Below are positions 1-10,028 of a stretch of DNA of 64,000 nt, one piece after another (position 1 is the stretch's first letter; every line of letters begins with the position of its first letter). The stretch is taken from contig JAXGZF010000006.1 of assembly GCA_040771865.1 (NCBI GenBank), positions 186,001 through 250,000 on the forward strand. The letters are read 5' to 3'. Below the pieces are notes generated by a model that was given only the letters and a program-made list of their open reading frames with translations, made no database searches and was not told where the DNA came from. This DNA comes from Desulfobacterales bacterium (lineage in GTDB: Bacteria; Desulfobacterota; Desulfobacteria; Desulfobacterales; UBA2245). The position numbers were made by a program, and so were the translations under genes.

Positions 1-1108
1 GGGCAATCTGGCCCGGGTGGCCGAGCTTCGATATGGAAAGGCCATAGAACTCAAACGCCGGCTGGAATCGGCCAAGGACGATCTTGCGAGACTTCAGAAG
101 GACCGGAAGATGCTCAAGGAGGAGGTCGACGACGAGGATATTGCCGAGGTGATCTCCAAGTGGACCGGAATTCCGGTTCGAAAGATGCTCGAAGGAGAAA
201 GGGAAAAGCTGGTTTCCATGGAAGACCGGATTTCGCTTCGCGTGGTCGGACAGGATGCGGCCGTCAGGGCGGTTTCCGATGCCGTGCGCCGGGCCCGCTC
301 CGGGCTTCAGGATCCCAACCGGCCCATCGGCTCCTTTATCTTCATGGGGCCCACCGGGGTCGGAAAAACCGAGCTCGCCAAGGCCCTGGCCGAATTTCTC
401 TTTGACACGGAGCAGGCCATGGTCCGCATCGACATGTCCGAATTCATGGAAAAGCATACCGTGTCCCGTCTGATCGGCGCGCCTCCCGGCTATGTGGGGT
501 ATGACGAGGGCGGTTATCTGACCGAGGCGGTTCGCCGCCGTCCGTATTCGGTGATCCTCTTTGACGAGATCGAGAAGGCCCACCCGGACGTTTTCAACGT
601 GCTCCTTCAGATTCTGGACGACGGACGGTTGACCGACGGCCACGGACGCACCGTGGATTTCAAGAACACGATCATCATCATGACCTCGAACGTGGGCAGC
701 CAGTGGATTCAGCAGTACGCAGGCGCGGGGCCCAGGGAAATGGAACAGAAGATCACCGAGGCCCTTCGCGCGGTTTTCAAGCCGGAATTTCTGAACCGGA
801 TCGACGAGACGATCATTTTTCAAAACCTGTCCCAGGAGCAGATCGGCGAGATCGTCGAAATTCAGATTCGAAAGCTGTCCAAGCGCCTTGCGGAGCGGCA
901 GATTCAACTGGAACTGGATGAAAGCGCCAAAAAATTTCTCGCGGAAATCGGATATGATCCGGTTTACGGGGCAAGGCCCCTGAAGCGGGCCATTCAGCGA
1001 TACATTGAAAATCCGCTGGCCATGACCTTTCTCAAGGGGGAAATTCCGGAGGGGGCGAGAATTCGTGCAACAGCCTCGGGCGACCGCATCGTGTTTTCCG
1101 CCCAATAA
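1..1108 (+). CDS. clpB: ATP-dependent chaperone ClpB, C-terminal part (5' end outside window)
   Basis: M-domain end (AELRYG), NBD2 Walker [32 protein letters not shown], Walker [18 protein letters not shown]. Confidence 0.95.
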   Translation, partial: GNLARVAELRYGKAIELKRRLESAKDDLARLQKDRKMLKEEVDDEDIAEVISKWTGIPVRKMLEGEREKLVSMEDRISLRVVGQDAAVRAVSDAVRRARSGLQDPNRPIGSFIFMGPTGVGKTELAKALAEFLFDTEQAMVRIDMSEFMEKHTVSRLIGAPPGYVGYDEGGYLTEAVRRRPYSVILFDEIEKAHPDVFNVLLQILDDGRLTDGHGRTVDFKNTIIIMTSNVGSQWIQQYAGAGPREMEQKITEALRAVFKPEFLNRIDETIIFQNLSQEQIGEIVEIQIRKLSKRLAERQIQLELDESAKKFLAEIGYDPVYGARPLKRAIQRYIENPLAMTFLKGEIPEGARIRATASGDRIVFSAQ

Positions 1109-1118
1109 AGCGGATTTG

Positions 1119-1152
1119 AAAAAAGAGCCCCGGAAGTCTCCGGGGCTCTTTG
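1119..1152. terminator. Bidirectional intrinsic terminator between convergent clpB and transporter
   Basis: aaagagccccgga-agtc-tccggggctcttt, perfect 13-bp stem with A/T tails. Confidence 0.85.
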
Positions 1153-1188
1153 GCTATATGCAATACGGCGTCAAGCCGTTTAGGGCAT

Positions 1189-2937
1189 TTAGGCCGGTTT
1201 GAAAACCATCAGCCAGACCTGACAGATGATGATGCTGATGATCATGTAGGGGAAGGCCACCTTCAGGAAGGCGCCAAAGGTGATCTTGTATCCCTTGGAC
1301 TCGGCGATACCCATGGTGACGACGTTGGCGGAGGCGCCGATCATCGTGCCGTTTCCACCGAAGCAGGCGCCCAGCGCCAGTGCCCACCACAGGGTGTTTT
1401 CCGCGCCGGGAATCACCTTGGACAGGTAGGCCACGATGGGCAGCATGGTGGCGGTGAAGGGGATGTTGTCGACAAACGCCGACATGATCGCGGCCACCCA
1501 GAGGATCAGGGTCATGGATATCAGATAGTCGCCGCCGGAAACCTTGAGAATCCAGTCGGCGATCACGGCCAGAAGCCCGGCTTCCTCAACGGCGCCGACG
1601 AGAACAAACAGGAAGATGAAGAACATCAGGGTCGGCCATTCGATGTCTTTCTCGATCAGGTGAATCATGTCCACCTTGTGGGTGAGGACGGCGATTGTGA
1701 AAAGGGCCGCCGCGCCGGTCAGGGCCGCGATGCTCACCTCCATGTGCCAGTAGCCGTGGGAGAGGAAGAGGGACACGACGACGGCCAGCACGATCAGACC
1801 GTAGGTGAGAAGCTGGGAATCCTTGATCTTGTATTTTTCCTTAAGCTCGGCGGTGAACTCGTCCACATTTTTCACCGTTGCCTGGGAGGCGGCGTAGGCT
1901 TTTCCCCACACAACCTTGGAGTACAGAAAAAGGGCGATCATGGCCACAATGCAGATCGCGGTCAGGGCCACCACGAAATCCATGAAGGTCAGGCCGGCAT
2001 AGGACCCGATCATGATGTTGGGCGGGTCGCCGATCAGGGTGGCCGTGCCGCCGATGTTGGAGGCCAGCACCAGCGGAATGAGCAGGTACAGCGGGTTGAG
2101 GCTGCAGGAAAGCGAAATCTCGATGGCCACGCCGGTCAGCAGCAGCATGGTGGTGACGTTGTCGAGAAAGGCGGAAGCAACCGCGGTAAAGGTCATCAGA
2201 ACGACGGACAGCAGAAAGATACGGCCTTTGGCCGCCTTGTAGGAAACATAGGCGCACCACTGGAACACGCCGGTTTCCTTGAGAATGCCGACGATGATCA
2301 TCATGCCCATCAGAAGGAAAATCACGTTCATGTCGATGGCGGCGATGGCCCGCTCATAGGAGAAGATGTGATACTCCGGATTGAGCACGCCCACCGTGTA
2401 GGAAAGGACCATCATGGCCGCTGCGCCCAGCATGGCGGCGATGGTTCTGTGCAGCAGCTCGAAGGTGATCAGCGCGTAGGCCAGGATAAAAACAATAGTG
2501 GAAATCCAGAAGGCCGCTCCCAGATACCGCTGCAGGGTGATGTCTTCGGAGATGTAGAATTGATCGCCCATCTGAGCGATCTCGGATCCCTTGAACTCGA
2601 TTTTTTCGGTGGTGAAACTGTTTTTGGCCGCTTCCACAGCAAAAATTGCGCTGGGAACCGATCCTTTTTCCACCTTAAACCGGGCCACGTATTTGCCGTT
2701 GTGGGCGGTTTCGGTCTCGTAGACCTCCTGGCCGTTTTCAAAGAACTTGACAATACATTCGCCGATTGGCTCCTTGTGCGAGTCATAGATCAATCCGGAG
2801 ATATTGATCGTATCTCCTTCTTTCAATCCGCTGTCACCGTGAGCCGGCCCTGCGCCATGGCCGGCAAAAGCCATTGGTGCGGCAAAGGCCATGAGAACCG
2901 TCAGCACGATGAACCATAAAGTTTTCTGTCTGCGCAT
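1189..2937 (-). CDS. ArsB/NhaD (IT superfamily, P-protein-like) anion/carboxylate transporter with N-terminal extracytoplasmic domain
   Basis: SAFLDNVTT, SNIGGTATLIGDPPNIMI, SAFVDNIPF, GGNGTMIGASAN motifs; many TM helices; signal peptide; ATG 2937 preceded by GGAGG. Confidence 0.85.
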   Translation of the reverse strand: MRRQKTLWFIVLTVLMAFAAPMAFAGHGAGPAHGDSGLKEGDTINISGLIYDSHKEPIGECIVKFFENGQEVYETETAHNGKYVARFKVEKGSVPSAIFAVEAAKNSFTTEKIEFKGSEIAQMGDQFYISEDITLQRYLGAAFWISTIVFILAYALITFELLHRTIAAMLGAAAMMVLSYTVGVLNPEYHIFSYERAIAAIDMNVIFLLMGMMIIVGILKETGVFQWCAYVSYKAAKGRIFLLSVVLMTFTAVASAFLDNVTTMLLLTGVAIEISLSCSLNPLYLLIPLVLASNIGGTATLIGDPPNIMIGSYAGLTFMDFVVALTAICIVAMIALFLYSKVVWGKAYAASQATVKNVDEFTAELKEKYKIKDSQLLTYGLIVLAVVVSLFLSHGYWHMEVSIAALTGAAALFTIAVLTHKVDMIHLIEKDIEWPTLMFFIFLFVLVGAVEEAGLLAVIADWILKVSGGDYLISMTLILWVAAIMSAFVDNIPFTATMLPIVAYLSKVIPGAENTLWWALALGACFGGNGTMIGASANVVTMGIAESKGYKITFGAFLKVAFPYMIISIIICQVWLMVFKPA

Positions 2938-3387
2938 GAATCGTTCCTCCTCCAAAGTTTTCTTCTTGTCCGCGGGTCATGGCCGCATGGCCCTGCCCAG
3001 AATTCTGCCATTTAAATCTTGCCAAGCAATAAGGTGCAGGAAATATCATAAAGCCTAGGGCGGGTCAATCTTTTTTTAGGAAAACTCAAGCGCAGGGTCA
3101 GCGATTTCATGAGCTGAGATTCAAAACGGTTTTTCTGAATCCATGCGGATTCCGATTTTTTTATCGTCATTTTCATGCGCATATTTTTTTGCTTGATTTT
3201 TTAAAAGATTGTAAAAAGACTTTCAGTCTGATAATGGCATTAAGCGCTTGATATGCCGTGAAATAATCCGAATTGAACTTTTCGATCGCCGGATTTGGTT
3301 TGACAGAAGAATTGCCGGATGATAGTTGCAGTTGCTGTCCGGGTGGCAGCCGTCAAGTCTGGCGCGCGGTAATTTGAATTTAAAGGG

Positions 3388-3855
3388 ATGATCATGGGAG
3401 CCGAGACCTTTTATATACGATCGCTGGCCGTTCAAAACACCATCATGGCCCTGGTGGTGCTGATCATGACGGGATTGCTGGTAAGATGCTTTCTGAAAAA
3501 GCAAACAAGGCACATGATTGCCGTGGTTCTGTGGATGGGGTTTTTTGTCTGGTTTTTCAACGGCCCCTTCTGGGGATTCAGCGCGGTAACGGTCAGCCCC
3601 CGGGGCATAGAGCCTCATTACGGATTTCTATCGGTTTTTAAACCCAGGCGCTTGCCTCCGGACACCTACTGGAAAATTCAGGATTACCGGGGCGGGATCC
3701 GGCGTCTGAAGCAGCTGCACTATTTCATACTGGACGATGATATCGAAAGCCTGAGAGTGCGCGGCGCCGACAAGCTGAAAACGCTTGAATCCATCGGTGC
3801 GGCCATTGACCGGATCAACGGAAAATCCATGGGAGAACGCATTAAACTTTTCTGA
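3388..3855 (+). CDS. Hypothetical membrane protein
   Basis: 155-aa ORF with two N-terminal hydrophobic segments, ending 6 bp before the sirC-like gene. Confidence 0.6.
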   Translation: MIMGAETFYIRSLAVQNTIMALVVLIMTGLLVRCFLKKQTRHMIAVVLWMGFFVWFFNGPFWGFSAVTVSPRGIEPHYGFLSVFKPRRLPPDTYWKIQDYRGGIRRLKQLHYFILDDDIESLRVRGADKLKTLESIGAAIDRINGKSMGERIKLF

Positions 3856-3861
3856 GGGCGG

Positions 3862-4539
3862 ATGCGATACTACCCGGTCTATCTGGATATCAACGGTCGA
3901 AAATGCGTAGTGGTCGGCGGAGGGGCTGTGGGCGCCCGCAAGGTCAACACCCTTTTGGCCTGCGGCGCCAGGGTGACGGTGATTTCTCCAGAAGCGACTG
4001 CGGAGCTGAATGATCTGGCCGAACAGGGCGGCATCTCGTTGATCCGGCGGCCATACCAAAGTTCCGACCTTGACGGGGCTTTTATGGTGATCGGCGCCAC
4101 CGACGACGAGGCGATCAATCACCGGGTACATGCCGATGCCGAAGCCCGCAATCTGCTGTGCAACATCGTGGATCAGCCCCGGGTCTGCAATTTCATTCTG
4201 CCTTCGATCGTTCAAAGAGGGGATCTGGTCATCGCCGTTTCGACCTCGGGCAGAAGTCCGGCCTTTGCCAAGAAGCTGCGTAAGGAACTTGAAAAGCAGT
4301 TCGGGGACGAATATGCTGTGTTCCTGATGCTGCTGGGCGCCGTCCGCGCAAGGCTTCTGGCCGAAGATCATGCCCCAGAGGCCCATAAGCCCCTGTTTGA
4401 AGCCCTGATTGATACCGAGTTGCTGTACATGATTCGGGACCGCCGTACCGACGGGATCAACCGTATTCTAAAAGAAATCCTCGGCAACGGATATACCCTG
4501 GAATCCCTGATCGGAAACATTTCGCAGCCAACGGACTGA
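3862..4539 (+). CDS. Precorrin-2 dehydrogenase/sirohydrochlorin ferrochelatase (SirC/Met8p, CysG N-terminal type)
   Basis: YYPVYL start, VVGGGAVG Rossmann motif, CNIVDQP, AVSTSGRSPAFA. Confidence 0.9.
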   Translation: MRYYPVYLDINGRKCVVVGGGAVGARKVNTLLACGARVTVISPEATAELNDLAEQGGISLIRRPYQSSDLDGAFMVIGATDDEAINHRVHADAEARNLLCNIVDQPRVCNFILPSIVQRGDLVIAVSTSGRSPAFAKKLRKELEKQFGDEYAVFLMLLGAVRARLLAEDHAPEAHKPLFEALIDTELLYMIRDRRTDGINRILKEILGNGYTLESLIGNISQPTD

Positions 4540-4558
4540 TTTCTACGAGGAACGATCC

Positions 4559-5380
4559 ATGGAACTTCTTTTGATCATCACGGTTTTGTGCTACCTGATC
4601 AGCTCCGGGATTTATGTTGCCTACCTTTTCTTTCAAAAGGAAGCCCTGCACAAATGGGGGTATTATCTGCTGGTCGGCGGATTCGTTTTTCAAACGGTTT
4701 CCATTGTCTCAACGGCCGTCCGGATCGGAAGCCTGCCGGCGCACAACCTGCACCAGAACCTGATTCTTGCCGCCTGGGCGGTGATCGGCGTATTCCTGCT
4801 GTTCAGGCTGAGATATCATTTGAAGATACTGGGCATTTTTGCCGCCCCGCTGGCTTCGGCGGCCATGATCGCCGCTCTGATGGCGCCCCGGGAACCCGTT
4901 CAGTTGCAGCGGATCTTCAACAATTTCTGGCTGGTTATTCACGTGATTTCAATCTTCATCGGGGAAGCGGCCTTTGCGCTGGCCTGCGGTCTGGGGATCT
5001 TTTACATTCTTCAGGAAAACGCGATCAAGAACAAGCGCCGCGGTTTCTTTTTCAAACGCCTTCCGAGCCTTGAGCTGCTGGATGCAAGCGGGTATGCCTG
5101 CCTGGTTGTCGGGTTCTCGATGCTCACCCTGGGCTTTATCACGGGTTTTGTTTACGCCCAGCTGGTCTGGGGGAGACTCTGGAGCTGGGACCCCAAAGAG
5201 GTATGGTCCGGAATCACCTGGCTGCTTTACGCGGTCATGCTCCACGGCAGACTGACCATCGGGTGGCGGGGCAGAAAGGCCGCGGTGATGGCGATCATCG
5301 GATTTGCCTTTCTGCTGTTTACCTTTTTAGGCGTCAATTTTCTTTTACAGGGCCACCATGGAGAATTTACCCGCTGGTAG
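4559..5380 (+). CDS. ccsA: Cytochrome c biogenesis CcsA/HemX-family membrane protein
   Basis: WWD motif WGRLWSWDPKEVW, conserved His, multiple TM helices, directly upstream of hemA. Confidence 0.88.
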   Translation: MELLLIITVLCYLISSGIYVAYLFFQKEALHKWGYYLLVGGFVFQTVSIVSTAVRIGSLPAHNLHQNLILAAWAVIGVFLLFRLRYHLKILGIFAAPLASAAMIAALMAPREPVQLQRIFNNFWLVIHVISIFIGEAAFALACGLGIFYILQENAIKNKRRGFFFKRLPSLELLDASGYACLVVGFSMLTLGFITGFVYAQLVWGRLWSWDPKEVWSGITWLLYAVMLHGRLTIGWRGRKAAVMAIIGFAFLLFTFLGVNFLLQGHHGEFTRW

Positions 5381-5460
5381 GCGTTTTAAACCAGGTGCAT
5401 GGCACTATGCCGCAAAGGCTATTGCCGTCGCCGAAACCAGATTCAACGACACGCAACGCC

Positions 5461-6729
5461 ATGCTTGAAATCGTATTGCTGGGGCTCAACCATAAAACAG
5501 CGCCCGTCGAGATCCGTGAATGCCTGGCTTTTTCCAGGGATGAAATATCCGCCGGCCTGCGCGCGTTGACTCAATATCGGTCCGTGAGCGAGGCGATGGT
5601 GTTTTCCACCTGCAACCGGGTGGAACTGGTCTTTACCACGGAAGATTTTGACCTTGCCGTGGAGGACGCCAAGAAATTCCTGTCTGAGGCCAAGCGAATA
5701 CCGGTCTCTGATTTCAACGATTGCCTTTATGTCTACCGGGGCGATGAAGCCGTCCGTCATATTTTCCGGGTGGGAGCAAGCCTGGATTCCATGATGGTAG
5801 GGGAACCCCAGATTCTGGGCCAGATCAAAAGCGCGTTTCAAATGGCTGCGGCCCACAAAACCTCGGGCGTAATCCTGAACCGTCTGCTTCACAAGACATT
5901 TTTTGTCGCCAAAAGGGTACGGACCGAAACCGCCATCGGGGATCATGCGGTGTCCATCAGCTACGCGGCCATTGAGCTTGCCCGGAAGATTTTCGGCGAT
6001 CTGGAGGAGAAAAAAGCGATGCTGATCGGCGCTGGTGAAATGGCGGAACTGGCCGTGGAGCATCTGATCCGGCATCAGGCCGGCTGCATTCATGTCGCCA
6101 ACCGGACCTTTGAGCGCGCGCTGGAAATGGCCTCGCACTTCAACGGCAAAGCCATTCGATTTGAAGAGATCGAAGACAACCTGCAGCAGGTCGATATTGT
6201 CATCAGCTCAACCGGTTCGCCCAACTATGTCATCACCCGGGATCAGATCAAAAAGGCCATTCGAAGCCGGCGACAGCGCCCCCTTTTCTTCATCGACATC
6301 GCCGTTCCCCGGGATGTGGACCCCGGAATCAATCGGCTGCCCAACTGTTATGTTTACGATATTGACGATCTTAAAGAAGTCGTGGAGGACAATATCGAAG
6401 ACCGACAAAAAGAGGCCGTCAAGGGGGAAACCATTGTCGATGAAGCGGTAATCCGCTTTCGGGGCTGGTTTAAAAGCCTCGAGGTCGTGCCGACACTTTT
6501 GAGGATTAGAAATAAAATGGACGTTATTGCCGCGGCGGAAACCCGAAAAACCCTTCAGTCGCTTCCGCATCTTTCCCAAGAGGATCAGCGGGCGATTCAG
6601 CGCATGACCCGCGCGCTGGTCAATAAAATCATGCATGACCCGACCCTGTTTTTAAAGCGCAGCGGCGTTCGTGGCAACAAGCGCACCTATCTGGACATCG
6701 CCCGAAAACTCTTTAACATTGACGAATAA
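5461..6729 (+). CDS. hemA: Glutamyl-tRNA reductase
   Basis: GLNHKTAPVEIRE, STCNRVE, LDSMMVGEPQILGQ, IGAGEMA, DIAVPRDV; true start probably ATG 5461. Confidence 0.96.
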   Translation: MLEIVLLGLNHKTAPVEIRECLAFSRDEISAGLRALTQYRSVSEAMVFSTCNRVELVFTTEDFDLAVEDAKKFLSEAKRIPVSDFNDCLYVYRGDEAVRHIFRVGASLDSMMVGEPQILGQIKSAFQMAAAHKTSGVILNRLLHKTFFVAKRVRTETAIGDHAVSISYAAIELARKIFGDLEEKKAMLIGAGEMAELAVEHLIRHQAGCIHVANRTFERALEMASHFNGKAIRFEEIEDNLQQVDIVISSTGSPNYVITRDQIKKAIRSRRQRPLFFIDIAVPRDVDPGINRLPNCYVYDIDDLKEVVEDNIEDRQKEAVKGETIVDEAVIRFRGWFKSLEVVPTLLRIRNKMDVIAAAETRKTLQSLPHLSQEDQRAIQRMTRALVNKIMHDPTLFLKRSGVRGNKRTYLDIARKLFNIDE

Positions 6730-6815
6730 GGCAAGGCTTGAAAAATTTGCAGACCGGCTTTTCACAGAAGCCGGCGTTGAAATCGTATTTTTTAATTTTT
6801 TAAAGGAGGCTTTAG

Positions 6816-7754
6816 TTGAAGAAGACGGCATTTTTGTTTCCCGGCCAGGGATCGCAGTCCATCGGCATGGGGCTTGATTTTTACCAGGAATTTTCGTTTG
6901 TAAAAGACATTTTTGATATGACCGACGCGGTGACCCGTCTGAACATCTCCAGGCTCTGCTTCAAAGGACCCATGGAAGAACTGACCCAGACCGTCAACCT
7001 GCAGCCCGCGGTTACGGCCGTTAATCTGGCCATTCTGGCGGCCATGGAAAAGGAAGGCGTTCCATTTGATCTGACCGCCGGCCACAGCCTTGGAGAATAC
7101 GCCGCGCTGAACGCTTCGAAGGTGCTGGACAGAGAAAACGCCGTAAAGGCGGTCATGCGACGAGGCGAGCTGATGCACCGCGAGGCGCTTAAACATCAAG
7201 GCGCCATGGTCGCGCTGATCGGGGTTCCATTAAAGGCTGTAGAAGATCTGATCACCGCTGTCCGCAGTGAGGGGGTTGTTTCCATTGCCAATCACAATGC
7301 CGAAAACCAGATCGTGATCACCGGCGCTCCCGAACCGGTGCGAAAGGTTGCCGGCCTCGCCTCGGCGCAAAAAGCAAAGGCCGTGGCTCTGAACGTCAGC
7401 GGCGCATGGCACAGCGATCTGATGAAGGGCGCCGAAGCCGAATTTGCGGAATTTCTTTCAACCATGGTATTTGAAGACGCCAAGAAACCGGTTGTTCAGA
7501 ATGTGACCGGCGATGTCTCCACAGACGGCGTTGCGATCCGCGAGCATATGGTCAAACAGCTCTGCAGCCCGGTCAGGTGGTACGATTCGATTTGCAGGCT
7601 CATGGACCTTGAGACCGAGGTCTTTGTAGAAATCGGCCCGGGCAAGGTCTTGTCCAATCTGGTGAAAAAGATATTGCCGAAAGACTACCCTGGAAAAGTA
7701 TATTCGGTCAGCGATCTGAAAGGCTATGAACGCTTTTTGAATGAAATCGTCTGA
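6816..7754 (+). CDS. fabD: Malonyl-CoA:ACP transacylase
   Basis: FPGQGSQ, catalytic GHSLGEY, VSGAWHS, EIGPG; TTG start after AAGGAGG. Confidence 0.94.
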   Translation: MKKTAFLFPGQGSQSIGMGLDFYQEFSFVKDIFDMTDAVTRLNISRLCFKGPMEELTQTVNLQPAVTAVNLAILAAMEKEGVPFDLTAGHSLGEYAALNASKVLDRENAVKAVMRRGELMHREALKHQGAMVALIGVPLKAVEDLITAVRSEGVVSIANHNAENQIVITGAPEPVRKVAGLASAQKAKAVALNVSGAWHSDLMKGAEAEFAEFLSTMVFEDAKKPVVQNVTGDVSTDGVAIREHMVKQLCSPVRWYDSICRLMDLETEVFVEIGPGKVLSNLVKKILPKDYPGKVYSVSDLKGYERFLNEIV

Positions 7755-7767
7755 AATCCAACAGAGA

Positions 7768-7817
7768 AAACCGGACACCGTTCCAGGACCGAGAAACGGC
7801 GTCCGGTTTATTTTTTT
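7768..7817 (+). terminator. Intrinsic terminator after fabD
   Basis: aaaccggacaccgtt / aacggcgtccggttt stem followed by T run. Confidence 0.7.
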
Positions 7818-8082
7818 CATCCGGAATTCAGTTGGACAATATCCTTCCGCTTCTACCCGACGCCAAGAGAGATCCGGCTGTTTTATCAAGCATCGGCATC
7901 AAGTAAATTTTCAATTCATAAACTATCCATATCGTCATTCCGGTATAAACGCATTCGGCTGGAATTCGAAATCAGCCGATCCGGTTGCCGCCGTAAAAAG
8001 CGGCGTACTTATTCCTTTACATTAAGACAGGCTTGTGCTATTTATTTCAACTTTAATAATTTATAATATAAAGGGTTACATC

Positions 8083-8445
8083 ATGGAAGAAAAGGATCTT
8101 CAAGACTTTCGGAAGCTGCTGATGGAACGTCTGGAAGAGCTGCTGGACCAAGCCGATAATACCGTTTCCGGAATGACAACCCAGAAAGAAAACCTTCCAG
8201 ATCCCACCGACCGGGCTTCACTGGAGGCGGACCGCAATTTCATGCTTCGCATTCGAGACCGTGAAAACAAGCTGATTAAAAAAATCCGTGATGCTGTCGA
8301 ACGCATCGACAGCGGAACTTATGGAATCTGCGAAACCTGCGGAGAAGATATCGCCATCGAACGCCTGAGGGCAAGGCCGGTAACCACCCAGTGCATCGAG
8401 TGCAAAACCAAAGCAGAGGCAATGGAAAAAACCATTGGACGTTAA
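8083..8445 (+). CDS. dksA: RNA polymerase-binding protein DksA
   Basis: DPTDRA coiled-coil tip, RIRDRE, YGICETC...CIEC zinc finger. Confidence 0.93.
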   Translation: MEEKDLQDFRKLLMERLEELLDQADNTVSGMTTQKENLPDPTDRASLEADRNFMLRIRDRENKLIKKIRDAVERIDSGTYGICETCGEDIAIERLRARPVTTQCIECKTKAEAMEKTIGR

Positions 8446-9322
8446 GCATCATGCCGGAATCGACCTTCATGTCCATTCCAAAGCCTCGGACGGCAGCGCA
8501 TCTTCGATAGAAATTTTAAATTCAGCTCAGAAACGCGGTATCGGCGCCATCTCCATCACGGATCATGATTCGGTTGAAGGCGTTAGAGAGGTTCTGCAAA
8601 ACGGAATTCCGTCCGGCGTAAAATTTCTGACAGGAATCGAAATCAGCGCCTCGCCGCCCGAAGAGTTTCCGTGCTCCGGAAGCTTCCATATGCTGGGCTA
8701 CGGCATCCGAATCAACGACTCCGAATTCAACGAGACCCTTGAAAAGCTCCGGCAGGCCAGAAAAACCCGAAACCCGCGTATTGTCGAAAGGCTCAATCGA
8801 ATGGGAATCGATCTGAGCCTGGAAGAAGTCGAAACCACCGCCGGAGGCGCTCAGACAGGAAGACCCCATATCGCCAAAACCATGGTGGCCAAGGGATTTG
8901 TATCCTCAATCAATGAAGCCTTTGATCGGTATATCGGCAAAGGCAGACCCGCCTATGTCGAAAAATACCGCCTGGGATGCGGTGCAGCCATAGAAATGAT
9001 CATAAAGGCCGGCGGAATTCCGGTTCTGGCGCACCCGGTGTTGATCAAACCCGTTGACGACAGGCCGATCGACAGGCTGATTCATATTCTGAAATCCATG
9101 GGACTGCGCGGCATCGAGGTGTATTACCCGGAGCACTCTTTGCGGCAAACCGATTATTATGCCCGCCTTGCCACCCGATACGGGCTGTTGATGACCGGCG
9201 GCACGGATTATCACGGTTCTCTGAAACCCGATATTGAGCTGGGTTGCGGCAGGGGAGACTTTTTTGTGCCATATCGTCTTTATGAACAGTTGATTCAAGA
9301 AGTTGGCTGCGACCATGACTGA
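8435..9322 (+). CDS. PHP-domain phosphoesterase (TrpH/YciV-like)
   Basis: DLHVHSKASDG, ITDHD, GIEIS, GRPHIA, LAHP, GGTDYHG. Confidence 0.9.
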   Translation: MDVKHHAGIDLHVHSKASDGSASSIEILNSAQKRGIGAISITDHDSVEGVREVLQNGIPSGVKFLTGIEISASPPEEFPCSGSFHMLGYGIRINDSEFNETLEKLRQARKTRNPRIVERLNRMGIDLSLEEVETTAGGAQTGRPHIAKTMVAKGFVSSINEAFDRYIGKGRPAYVEKYRLGCGAAIEMIIKAGGIPVLAHPVLIKPVDDRPIDRLIHILKSMGLRGIEVYYPEHSLRQTDYYARLATRYGLLMTGGTDYHGSLKPDIELGCGRGDFFVPYRLYEQLIQEVGCDHD

Positions 9323-10007
9323 AAGAATCGACATCGCCGCGCTGGAGGAAAGGATTTTCTATCGTTTCCGGAACCGGGGTTTGCTTGAAGAAGCCCTGCG
9401 GCACCGTTCTTTTGTAAACGAACAGACGAATTTGATGCTTCGCGACAATGAACGGATGGAATTTCTTGGAGATGCGGTGCTCAACCTGATTGTCAGCACC
9501 ATTCTGATCCGCGGATATTCCGATTTTACCGAAGGTCAGCTGTCTCGCATCCGTGCAGGACTCATCAACGAAAACCAGCTTTCCGCCCTGGCTGCAACCC
9601 TGAATCTGGGGGATTTCATCCAGATGGGGAAAGGAGAGATTCTCTCAAACGGCAGGAACAAAAAATCCATTCTCGCGAATACGCTCGAAGCCCTTATTGC
9701 CGCGGTTTATCTCGATGGCGGATTTGAGCGCGCATTTGAATTCATTCAGCGTCATTTTTCCGATCTTTTCGAGAAGGTTCCGGACCTCTCGAAGCTGAGC
9801 GACCATAAGACCCGATTGCAGGAATGGGCCCAGGCCAAAGGCCATGAAGTTCCGGAGTACATTCTGATCTCATCCTCAGGCCCGGATCACGACAAAACTT
9901 TTTCTGTACAGGTCAAACTCTTTGACCGGGTCGCCCTGGGCACCGGTAAAAGCAAAAAAGCTGCCGAACAGGATGCCGCCAGGAATGCCTTGGAAATATT
10001 TGCATAA
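9315..10007 (+). CDS. rnc: Ribonuclease III
   Basis: NERMEFLGDAVL signature, EALIAAVYLDGG, C-terminal dsRBD (KTRLQE...GKSKKAAEQ). Confidence 0.97.
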   Translation: MTERIDIAALEERIFYRFRNRGLLEEALRHRSFVNEQTNLMLRDNERMEFLGDAVLNLIVSTILIRGYSDFTEGQLSRIRAGLINENQLSALAATLNLGDFIQMGKGEILSNGRNKKSILANTLEALIAAVYLDGGFERAFEFIQRHFSDLFEKVPDLSKLSDHKTRLQEWAQAKGHEVPEYILISSSGPDHDKTFSVQVKLFDRVALGTGKSKKAAEQDAARNALEIFA

Positions 10008-10028
10008 CCCGTCTGAATTCGGCCCGAG

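Noticed and set aside
1150..2919. 589-aa + strand ORF
   Set aside because: Antisense shadow of the transporter gene; no motifs, and its composition follows from codon bias on the real strand
5203..5460. Extended N-termini in the ORF track for hemA (also purB, clpP, csp, PBP1A, tpsA, era)
   Set aside because: Extensions overlap upstream genes or promoters; internal starts with RBS or family-typical N-termini fit better
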